NCBI RefSeq assembly: GCF_009834535.1
Contig: NC_045707.1
Location: 48,114,001 to 48,178,000, forward strand
Source of the DNA: Camelus ferus
Taxonomy: Eukaryota
Reading direction: 5' to 3'
Length of the DNA stretch: 64,000 nucleotides
Shown: piece by piece, positions 36,961 through 48,430 of the stretch
Layout: each line of letters begins with the position of its first letter
Position numbering within the stretch: position 1 is the stretch's first letter
Notes under the pieces: model-generated
Database searches by the model: none
What the model was told of the DNA's origin: nothing
What the model saw: only the letters and a program-made list of their open reading frames with translations
Made by a program: the position numbers and the translations under genes

Positions 36961-39900
36961 CCCCTTCACCTTTCACAAGACAGCTAATCTATACTCATGT
37001 TTTCATGCTCTTGAACAGCTCTTCCATCTGCTTGGAATGCCTTCCCTCCCCACTCCCACTCCACAGTGTGGATCTTAGGAGTCCTACTCATTATTCAAAG
37101 CTTATCTTACCCAGTACTTTTGTACCCCTGCCCAGCTTTCCAGGCAAAATACTATCTCACATACACCCCACTGCTCCCCACCTCCAATTAGACTATGTAC
37201 TCCTTTGCCCAAAATCTAATATGGAGAAGAAGATTCAAGGGCAAAGTTTCTGTCCTCAAGCAAGCTGTTCTACCCAGAAAATTATCTATTGTTTTCTCAC
37301 TATAAAGCTTCTTTACTCTCTTAATTCCAAATTATTGAATTTCTGTCACCAATTTGCTGTGTAATCCTGTATGTTTTACTTAACCTCTCTGAGCTATCAT
37401 TTGATCCACTCAAATTCTGTCAAATAATGTTCTCATTATAACTCAAAGAAATGTATCAAATTCTCTGAGTTCTCCAGAGGAAAAGATGTCACAAACCAAA
37501 GATGAAATAAATTGTCATTCATTAAAATAATAATTATTCAGACGCCCCCAACAAAGTGAAACTATTTCCAAAGAAAAAAATCCCCCTCCTTCTATCTCTT
37601 TAAAGCTTGAAGCCACTTATAATATAACAAGGCTTTGCCACATAAATCTTTTTTCTTGTTCACAAGATTGTCATTCATCTTTTTCTCCAATTTCTCCTTA
37701 AATTTTTGAAAAACTTCAGATTCACCTTTTGCTATTTCAGTTAGCTCTTTTCCCCCTCAAATGAAAGGAGACTTTCATGTCAGAGAAGTGAGGAGATAAA
37801 AGTTTAAAATTACATGTTCTTGATCTTGATCTGAAGCTTTCCTATCACTTACTGTCACAACCTGGGGAAAAGAAGTGAAGCAATAAAGAAGGAGGAATTA
37901 GAAGAAAAGACATGTAGAGATGAATACCAGGTACCTTTACTCACTCTGTTACTACAAGTTTTAGAATTCAGGTCATCTTTTAAAAATCTCATTTTGGTAA
38001 GTGGGTAAATGTATGTGAAACAAATAATTGGAAGAGAAAATAATGGAAGAAGAAGAGTTTCAGTCAGGATATCTTTCAGTCACACTTTTGTATTCCATTG
38101 ACATTTCCATGGAATATCTCTGTGCATGGAAAACGGATGCTTAGATACTAGGGGTGGGAGGGGTATGGAGAGAGAGAATTAGAATTTATTGATTACTTTC
38201 CTTGCTATGTGTTTATATAATTTATTTCATTTAACCTTTCCAATAACTCTATGTAGTATATTTACCTACTTTTGAGTTAAACCAACTGGAACTCACTGTA
38301 CAGTTAGTAGTAAGTAGAGCCAAAATTGAAACCTAGGATTTTCTGACTCAAACACCATCCCACACTGATATCTTGTTATAAATGTAGAAATAAATATCCT
38401 GGCCTCAAGCAGTTTATAATCCAGAGAAGACATGCAAATGTCTTTGTAAGAAGTGGAATCAGCAGACCACATATTTATCCTATTTTAAGTACTGTGAAAA
38501 TAACTCCATGTACATGATTATGAAGGTTCAGCTCACTGCTAACAGAGCACCCACTTTGAGTTATTTTCTTCCTTGACAGTAATGCAGAAACATAGAGATA
38601 CTACTTTGCTAACAGTTTTTTTTCCCCCAGCAGATAATGTAACATGTCACACAGACTTTGAAGTCATCAAAATTTAATCCTTTCATTTGCTATGAAGTTT
38701 GGTAAAGTAGTTCATCTTTATCAGACTCAGTTTCCACTTGTTAAATTGGGAAGATGGTACCCATCTTAGAATTGCTATAAAGATTACAGAGATGCTTGAT
38801 TTGTGCTCAGTTATCAGAAATGATGGTTGAGACCATTTGCAGCAGCCTTTAATGTTGGCATGTATTCTGATGCATTTTGAAGACTTTTGGTGATAGGTGG
38901 AGCTGGGGTCCTAGATGGAGCCTCTGGACTCACTGACCAATGGTGATGGTCAGTCTGATACATGCACCGAAGTGCTAAGTAATTGGGTGTGGGGAGGAAA
39001 GATGCTAAGGTTGTGAAGATACTAGAAAGAAGGAGTCAAGAGTTTCACTACAGGTACTTTTCAAAATCAAGCCCAGGAACTGGCAGGAATCTATAGGAAG
39101 AAAGTAGGAAAGGGGCTGGGGTGGGGAATGAACATTCGTTTCTTCCAAATTGAACATCGTAGTTCTGGGGCCATTTGTCACGAAATTCTCCTCTTTATGG
39201 GGAAATCTCTTTGGAAGAACTCAGCTTACAAAACACAAAGTCATAAAACGATGGCCCATGTTTTCCTCCCCCTTATTTCATCCTTTAATGTAATACATTT
39301 AAAAAAGTTGTTTCACGTAAACCTGATTGACTCTGAAGAGAGTCATAATCCATCTGAATCCATCCAAATGAAGGTAAGAGAAATAATCAAGTTCACATTA
39401 TGCAAAATGGTGCTCAGTTAATTTATTGCACTGCACTGAATAATAAGCTGTTAGGCGCCACATTACTTTTTTCACGTTAGATCAAATAGCTTATTGCTGC
39501 TGGAGCTTATTTCATATCGCATAAAATTTGGATATATTACAATGAAGTAGATATGAGTCCATTATAAGAGACAGACTTAAGTACTTCATTTATAGGATCT
39601 CTCCATTTGGAAACTGGCAAGGGGGAAGAAGAAATGCAAACAAGGTAATGGCTAGAGGGGAATTTATGTGCATGGTGCATCGACTGCTCTGCTGTGGGTG
39701 ACTGCTGGTGACCACGCGTGGGGCCAGTGCCTAAGAGAAAAGCAATGTTTCCAGTGGGAAAAAAATCCAAAGAGAGTTTACGTTCCTTTTCAGGGAAGTG
39801 TTGACATTTTAATTACTTTCTGTTTTCTTTGGAGCCACATTTGAGAATTGGAAGCAAGTTAGATAAATAAGAATTGGCTTTATTAGCAATCAGATGAATT

Positions 39901-40837
39901 GACATGCAGTCATGAGCTGGAGTAAGTCCAGATTCAGCTCTCAACAAACTCGTCTCCAGTAGGACCCAGAGAGCCAAAAAATTCAGCCATTGAACAGCTA
40001 ACCAGAAGAATTCCTACACGAGGCATGTCATCTCTGAGAGCAGACCGTTGTTTTTTGTTTTTTTTTTTTTTTTTCTATGCAGTCGAATCTTTTCTGGCCT
40101 CTGGGCCCCTGTTCTTCATGTTTGTAATTTTTTTCCTTTAAGTTTTGGTCTCTGATGAGTTTGTGAGGATAAGGAGAAGTGGGGTGCAAACCAAAAAAAG
40201 AATGATCACAAAGAGTTGGAATGAGTTGGGGAAACTGGTGGGTTTAGAATTATTTCGTGTTGAAGATAATCTGATACTTTTGGCATTTCATAGAAGAAAA
40301 CTGCCTGTCAAAGCACGGGTGGAGCCAGAGGAAACGGCTTAGGGAGAGGTGATACATTTGCACCCTTTCTCCTTACACCTGGAGTTGCCTAGAATTGACT
40401 AAATATTTAGCAAAACCAAGGTACTTACACGTGTTCCAGGATCAGCAAATCTAAAAATAGCAACTCGGTACAAGATTGAAATTGAAAAAAAGTGAACAAG
40501 TCCAACCAGCGTGTTTGTGGTGCCCCAGGGGGTGGCCCCTGAGGACAGAAGCGCCCCTTGTCCCTTCTGAAGCCTTCCCAGTCTACCACGCTCCAGGGGC
40601 AGTATGAAAACTCCATTAAGCTTAGACCAGTCAATTCAGTACTAAGTGGATCAACCTGAGTTCCTAAAAAAATGATCTAATATTAATATCTACAGTGTGC
40701 CAGGCACTTAAATATATGATTTAAATTTTCAAAAAAACCCATCAGGAGATATTATTCCTGCTGTAGAAATCATTATTTCTATTTTACGAATGCAAACTGA
40801 GACTTGGGCAGGTTAGGTAAATTTGTAAGTTATACAA

Positions 40838-42105
40838 ACTTTTATTATTAAACATTTCAAATACAAGTGAAAAAAAAGATAAGATAATATAATGAACCTC
40901 TGTGCTTATTTTTCTTCACTCACTCAGGATTAGTTGTCTTTATCGACACCTACTCCACCCGTTATTTTGAAACAAATCCCAGATATTGGGTCATTTCATC
41001 TGTTTATCTTCCAATATGTGTCTCTGAGAGATAGAGATTCTTTAAAACAAAATAACCACAATACCTTTATCATGTTTCAAATATTAACAATAATTCCTAA
41101 CATTAGGAAATATGCAGTCAGCGTTCACCTATCCCCAGTTGTCTTACAGACTGATTTTTTATTTGTTTGAATCTAGATTCAAACAGCGTTTATGCATTGT
41201 GATTGCTTATGAGTCTCTAAGGTCTCTTTACATCTGCAAGTTCCTCCTTCAACTCTAATTTTTTTCTTAGAACTTTTGATTGAAGACATGAGATTGTTTT
41301 TCTCTGAAATTTCCTAACAGTCTGAATTTTCTTGATTCTGTTCCTTGAGGTATTCTCAAATATATTTATCATCTTGTACTTTGCATTTCCTATACATTTA
41401 CTGTTAGAAGTAGAGATTTTATCAGATTCTGGTTCTACGTTTTTAGCAAGACTATGCCTTAAGTTGTGGTATGTATTTTCATAAATAGACATTTATTTGT
41501 GTGTGTGTAATGTTATCAGTTGTTGAGGATTTCTGTCTGGATCCATGATTTTACTGGCTATTGCAAAGTTGTGATATCTGAATTTTATAATTTTTTAAAA
41601 AATAGGCTTTATTTTTTTAGAGCAGTTTGAGTTGAAAGTACACATATATTCCTTCTCCCCCTTATCCTCACCCCCGCAGTGTCTTCCACAATCAACATTC
41701 AGCACCAGAGTGGTACATTGTGATAAAGAGTAACCCTACATTTACATGCCATTGTCACCCAAAGTCCATAGTTTAATTAGGGTTCACTCTTCGTGTTGTC
41801 TGTTTTACAGGTTTTGACAAATATAAAATGGCATGCATCTATCAATGATTTTTTTTTATTTATTAACTGGGATCCTTCTATAAGGAGTTTTCCCTCATTA
41901 CCTATTCAGTTATGTGAAGTAAAATTCATATAAGAAACCCAAGATAAATATTTTGTTCCTTTCCTGTATCTAGCAGTTTGCAGAATAATGAGTTGCTTCT
42001 CTCTGGTATCCCCTAAAGTGAACACAAGTTGTTTTTGGTTTTGTTGTTAATATCACTAAGACTTCATGTATTTAGATATATTTGATACGTTTCAATGCTC
42101 TATTA
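40838..42105 (-). mobile_element. L1MC4/5-like 3' region with a nested L1MC1/2-like end (~41590-41846)
   Basis: TTATTTTGAAACAAATCCCAGATAT. Nested TTTTTTAGAGCAGTTT...CACCAGAGTGGTACATT...CACCCAAAGTCCATAGTTT..TTAGGGTTCACTCTT. Confidence 0.75.
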
Positions 42106-42521
42106 TATATGCGTGTGTATATATACCATATACATATATATGCTAATAACTCATTAGTAAGCTTCCAGGTCACCAATGTCTATCAATCTACACTATTTTA
42201 CTGTTTTGATGTGAAGAAAGTAATTCTTCAGGTGGTGTAACATTTTATCTTAAAACACTTTTCCACTTACTGACTTACAAAGATTCCCCTGAGTCTCTGA
42301 GAATGGTAGAAAACCTTGCACTGTTGCTAGAAAAACACAAGCAGCTGTTTATATAGACATAGAGCTGGAAAAAAAAAAAAGGAGAGAGGGAGGAGAAAAG
42401 GAGGAAGAAACAAAAAACAGAGTAAGCAAATGAGTATTAAAAAGTAAGCTGATTAGTAAGCTTTTGCAGAGTGTAGGAAAGTTATTGCAGTTAATTTATT
42501 TGCGTGGTGTCATATGACATT

Positions 42522-42750
42522 ATTGTGAAGTGGTTATGCTTGAGGCTTGAGATTGAGACTTCTTGGGTCAAATCTCTGGTTCCAGTGCTTCCGAATTGTG
42601 TCAGACCACCCATGTAACTTCCTTGTGCCTCAGCTGCCTCGTCGGTGCCAGAGAACGAGACAGCACAGGCTCGTGAGGATGCAATAACTGAATATGTAAA
42701 AAGTGCTTAGGTTGCTCGTACTAAATGCTCAGTAAATGCTAGTCGATTTT
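42522..42750 (+). mobile_element. MIR SINE
   Basis: GGGTCAAATCTCTGGTTCC, TGTGCCTCAG, GCTCAGTAAATGCTAG. Confidence 0.7.
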
Positions 42751-44305
42751 GTTGTCCTTTTGATGATGATGATGTAAAAATGTGGATATTTACAAAGTAC
42801 TCTCTCTTTCTGGACACAGAAGAGGAGTAAAACTGGTATTTTACTGAACTAGCATTTGTATTACATTAAATAATTTATTATCAACTGCAATATTTTTTAA
42901 TCTATCCCCATTGCTTATTATTTATTCTAATACAGTACCTGGTATAGGGAAGGGATATACGGTACACCTTTTCGTGTGTGTGTGTGTGAATTGAGCAATA
43001 CTGTTAGGTGTATTTGACCCATACCAGGTTTTTTGAACATCTTCAAAGAACTTTTACCGAACAAAGGCGTATATGATGCTAGCAAAGAACAGAACTTTAA
43101 AGTTTTGCAAGAAAATCTGAACAACAAATCACAATAAAGGTGTTCAAGCACAAAAGTGGGCAGTGAGGCAGTAGTGAATCACACAGTTCTAATGTTGTCC
43201 ACAGCAAATCAGTATCAGCATTCATCAAAGCTCTTTCCTCGCCCAGGAAAAGAAAGAAAGAAAGAGGAACAATTTCAGAATTGCTCCTCCAATGACGGAA
43301 ATGACTTTAATTACCAATTCATCTGTTGGCAGACTCTTCTGGCAGATGTACCTGCAACTTGGAAAGATAACAAATGAACCAGTTCCTTGCTCCAGAGTTG
43401 ACACTGATAGTGCTTGCTGAATTTGCTCTCAGAAAAAAATCCTGGGCAACAATACATCTGGCACTCCATTCGAGGGATTTGTCATGTCGTTGACATGTTC
43501 AGCCTCCATTGTCCACACCACCCTGACAGCAGGTCCTTTATATTTCAAAGAAATTGCAGTCTGAATTAATATAATTAGAATGTAACTGCTATTCACTGCA
43601 CAAACTCCTCATTTCCAGGAGGACAGATCTGATAGCACGTCTGTGCTCGAAATCTTTCCAGGGATGGCTGGAGGGGAGCAAGTGGATAATAAGATGACAG
43701 AATAGACCTTGTTTCATCAGCCTGTTTACCTACCAACTCATGGAAATATAGGAGGAGAATAAAACTGTCCTGTCTTTGGCATATCTAAATCAAAACATTT
43801 TTCAAGTTTACCAGCCTGTATAGCACTTTTATAAAATATATAGTATGGGGTATCTGAAGTAAGAGAAAGAAATGAAATAGGAAAGGTGGTGTATCTTCCA
43901 AAAGACAGTGATGTGAAGTAGAGTGGGTAATTCATGGATAGAATTACAGAACTAAAGGGTGGTTGGATAACTTCATTCATTCTTTACTACTTCACTTTGA
44001 TTAGTCAGTGCCACTAGCCAAGCAATTATCACCAAGTAAACAGCAACTTGAGTGCTAGATTCTTGAATTTCTTTCTTTGTCATTGTTGTGTTTCTACAAA
44101 TGCTTGATTATCAATATGGTAAAAACTGACATCAGCATTTTTCTTTTTTTTGGAAATAAGATTGATTTGATTGATTTACATTCTCTCAAGTAAGTTAACA
44201 TTCTCACTTTGAAGGACTCACTTGAGGGGAAAAATGACTTGACATTCCAATGTTTGGATTAGTGCTCACGGCCTCTCTGAAGAGTATAAAGTTTATTCTT
44301 GTATA

Positions 44306-44708
44306 TGTTAGGGACTGAATGTCTGTGTTCTTCCGAAGTTTATATGTTGAAGTCCTCACCCACAATGTTCTGATATTTGGAGGTGGGGCCTTTGGGAGGC
44401 AATTAGGTTTAGAAGCAGTCATAAGGTTGGGGCCCCCATGATGGGCATAGTGACCTTATAAGACAAGGCAGAGATACCAAAATGTTCTGTCTGTTTGTGT
44501 GTCTCTTTCTCTGTCTCTTTCCCTCTCTCCCTCTCTGCCATGTAAGGACACAGCAAGAAGGGGGCTATCTGCAAATCAGAAAGAGAGCCTAGAAACCAAA
44601 TGGGCTGGTACCTTGATCTTAAACTGCCTCCAGGACTGTGGGAAATCTTTGTGTTGCTTAAGCTACCCACACTACGTATTTTGTTCTGGTAGACCCAGCT
44701 GACTGGCA
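44306..44708 (+). mobile_element. MaLR LTR MLT1A0-like
   Basis: TG..GGACTGAATGTCTGTGT, ATTTGGAGGTGGGGCCTTTGGGAGG, CCATGTAAGGACACAGCAAGAAGG, ACCTTGATCTT. Confidence 0.88.
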
Positions 44709-47039
44709 GTGCACAGGAGTCATTTGTTAACAAGCATCAAGAAGGGATAATGGTTTTCTTGTTTTTCTTAGAAGCATCTGTTGATCGTCACCTGAAATTC
44801 TGTACCAGAAATTGTAATACTAGAAATATGGAGAATGGGTAATGTACTACAAAAATAGGGTCAAGGTTTATGAGAGAAGGTCTCAACAGAGGAACACCAG
44901 TGCCTCTTTTAATTTTACACCAAATACATTATATAAACCAAATACATTATGTTAAGGAGCTGTGGAGCCTGGTGGATGGGTCTCGGGGAGGACTTGTTAA
45001 GATGCCAATGCCTGGATCTCCTCAGATCCACTGAGTCAGAATTTTCAGCTCAAAGTGCTTGAGTTGGAAACCACTCCAGGTGTGTCTGCTGCACACCAGA
45101 CTTGACATCCACACACGTGTGTTCTCTCTCACTGATACAAATATTCAGGTTTACTACCTAGGTAGATCTTTCTACAGATGATGTGTGTGATTTTAAAAAC
45201 GGATACACTTAATTTACATAAATGGAAATCCATTTACGATGTTCTGGGCTGGTAGTTTTTAGAGGGCTTATCAGAACCCCTGTCAGACCTCCTCCCTGTC
45301 TGTGTGCCTGCCCCTTCCCCTCTGCCATTGTCACCCTTGTTTAGATTCTCTGTTTTGTCTGGATTAGGGGAAAAATGGCACTTCAGAGTTTCAGGCCATT
45401 TACTTTGCAAAGAATGCAATAGGGATTTGTATTTTAAAGGTGAAAATTCTTCAATGGAACCAACAAATACCCCTCCCTCTGATGCATTTGTCGTATTACT
45501 TTGGATGTTTAATAATAGAATTGTGTGTTATAAACATGTTTAGACATCTGAATATATACACAGATGGAAAATATCAAGCTGGCAGGAAAGGCCCATCCTC
45601 CAGACACAGGCACTCAATGGAACTCTCCTCTCTTTTCTCTATGGACTGAGACATGAGTCAGACAGGAGTACAGGGGGTTTAGGGAATTCTTGTTTTGAGA
45701 CCCCTAACTTCCACCAGCTGCTGGCTCTGACTTTGTCTTTTTGATTTTTAATGACCTTAAGAGAAATCTCAAGGTGGGTGGGTAGGAAGAGGACTGGGAG
45801 GGGGTAGTTCCTATTCCTTGTTTGACGGATGGATTGTGGGATTGACTTGTCATGTGGACGACAGCTTGATTTATCCAAGAGAGGTAATAGTGACTCCCAG
45901 GACCCAGCTTGCCCCATCACATCCCAGAGGACTTTATTCTGATGTTTACAGAATAAAATGATTGGTGATCAACTAAGTATAATGAATGTATAACAATTAT
46001 TTTCCAAAAGAGATTTTTAAAAATTGTAAAATTAGTGCATACCCATATAGGGGCAAAAGAGGAATATAAAAGCAGTAAAAAGGGAAAACGTGTAGACTAG
46101 GGTGCTGATTTTAGAATCAGAGAGATGTGGATTAGAACCCACCCTTACTGGTTGTATACACTTCTTAAATTAATACTATTATTATCAAGGAATAGATTTG
46201 TTATGTCTGTTTTCATCATTTATAAGTTGAAATCCCCTAATCTTGCCTTAAGTTTACAAGCATTCTTCCTAGTTTGTAAGAATTATTAAAAAATATATCC
46301 TTGGAAACAACATTCACAGGAAAGTAAGAAGTCCTTGTGGCAATGTTTCATTTTTTCTTATTGTATTTTTCTCTTTCCTGAAAAACCAGTGAAGAATGGC
46401 AGTTTTATATGTAAAACAGTAGTTAGCCTTTACATGGGTGACATTTTCCTAAAAGCTGAGATATATTTCACATTTACAGAAAAACACCCTGTTCCCAAGT
46501 CAAATCTGATTAAAATTCAAATCTATATTAACATCTCATTACTTTTTGAAAAAAGTGAACACCACACTTAATGGAAAATGCCTGATGTCTGCCAGCTCTG
46601 TTTTTGTGGCTTCCTTAACAAGGCTGTCTGGGGACCCAGGAGGGCTGGGTCACAGCTACATCCTTGTTAAAACAGTCAACCGGTATGAATGCTGGCCCTT
46701 AGTTTTTCCTTCCTTTCCCCTCTCCCAGCCCTACATTGTTTCAGCTGCCAGCCCCTAATTTTCTCTGAAGCAAGGGAAAGGGAAGGGCAAAAATGACTTT
46801 GAAAGAATAACATTTCTTTCTATGCACTTAAATAGAACACTCAACACAAAACATCCTGTGTTTTCTTTTAATGGATGACACTCTGGCTGTAGTAACGTGT
46901 GAACGAAAACCTAGGGCTTGCTGTTGGAATAGGCATAGTTCTTTTGCATCCTACCTGATCAAGGGAAAGTTGCTTGACTACTTAAAATTACAACCTGGAC
47001 CCCTTCCCCCACGCAGTCCTTGTCTCCTCCTCCTGATGT

Positions 47040-47650
47040 GCCTTTTCTTCTCTCCATTGTACTTACCACCTTCTAACATGTGTATATAATGTTTTTTGTT
47101 TATTTTATGACTCCTCTGGCTATAATGTGTGTTTTGTTCATTGTTGGATTCATTGTTCTAAACACCATGCCTGGTGCAAAGTAGACAGTCAAAATATTTG
47201 CAGCATGAATGAGTGAACTAGTTTCTTTTTTGGTGTCCTTTCTCATACAGTTATGGGGAAGATAACTGGTAAAAATGTGATACAAAAATCCTATAAATAT
47301 AATATGTTTACACCTAGTAGATAGATTTGAGAGCATAGCTCTGCTTGGAGTTTACATATCTTAGTTGGTAAAGAAAAGATACAAGAGTTGGATAAAAGAG
47401 AAACATCTCCTTATCACTCTCTATCCTCTTATTTTGCTTTATTTTTCTTCAAAGCCTGACTCTGCTATGCTCCAACATAATATATATTTCTTTGCTTACT
47501 GTCTACCTCCCCTTACTAGAATGTAAGCTTTTTAAGGGCAGGGATTGTGTATTTCATTCACCTCTATGGCCCCTCTACTTAGAACAGTGTCTGGCACAAA
47601 GTGAGCACTCAACACGTATTTGGTGCATAAGTGAATGTTTGGATGAGTGT
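47040..47650 (+). mobile_element. Two L2 3' termini
   Basis: CTAGAATGTAAGCT...AGGGCAGGGA, AGAACAGTGTCTGGCACA, GCACTCAA. Confidence 0.7.
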
Positions 47651-47979
47651 TGAAGACCCTCCATACCTGCTTCTGGTTCTGTAGGGGCTCTACAGCATGA
47701 TGGGACACTAAGTCCTTGGTACTTCTAAGGTGGGTGGTGACACTAATATATATATACATGGAATATAGTATGAGCCTAGGGACTGTGGTTTGGATCCTGG
47801 ACCATCCATACATTTTCAGAATAAGCTGAAGTAATTTCTTCATTTCTTGATGTCACATTTTCATTGTCTATAAAATTCAAACAATGCTACCTAATTTATG
47901 GCTATAGTGGAAGGGTAGAAAAGGCCTGACACATATAACAGCTGATTAGTAAATTTCACTATCATCATCATCATCATCA

Positions 47980-48182
47980 TCTGAGGTTGGCCGACTTCAG
48001 CACATGGGCCCAATCCAGACCATGGCTTGCTTTTGTAAATACAGTCATGCCCATTCATTTTCTTACTGTCCATAGCTATTTTTTCACTAGAACAGCAGAA
48101 CTGAGGAGTTATTAAGTGTCTGCAAAGCCTGAATTTTTACTCCCCGGCCCTTTAAAGAAAAAGTTTGTGAACTTTGATGTAG
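47980..48182 (+). mobile_element. MER58A-like (hAT-Charlie)
   Basis: TTTTGTAAATA, CAGTCATGCCCATTCATTT, GCAAAGCCTGAA, GGCCCTTTAAAGAAAAAGTTTG. Confidence 0.75.
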
Positions 48183-48209
48183 AATATGGTCCCCCAGCAA
48201 TATAACTAA

Positions 48210-48430
48210 GCTCATGGTCCAGCAAAGTGTGGTCCATGGGCTAGTGTGAGTCACAAACTGTTCCTGATCCATGACAAGCCAAGTACAGAAATGCAGAGTA
48301 AGGATTTAGAAACGTTTATAACAATTTGATGTGCTGTTGACATCCAAGTGCATGATTTTGGTTTATACAAAAGTCTTGGTATATGACAGATTGAAAATGA
48401 AAAAAAAAAAATCCTTGGCCCTTCCCACTG
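48210..48430 (+). mobile_element. Charlie4-like hAT fragment
   Basis: CAAAGTGTGGTCC, AAGTACAGAAAT..AGAGTAAG.ATTTAGAAAC.TTTATAACAATTTGA, GACATCCAAGTGCATGA. Confidence 0.65.

Noticed and set aside
39487..39510. miR-21-like TAGCTTAT
   Set aside because: Only an 8-nt match; the rest differs and no hairpin is evident.
40515..40565. CTCF-like motifs
   Set aside because: Several mismatches in core positions; not supportable without a PWM scan.
44919..44950. ACCAAATACATTAT direct repeat
   Set aside because: Short AT-rich slippage duplication with no sign of function.
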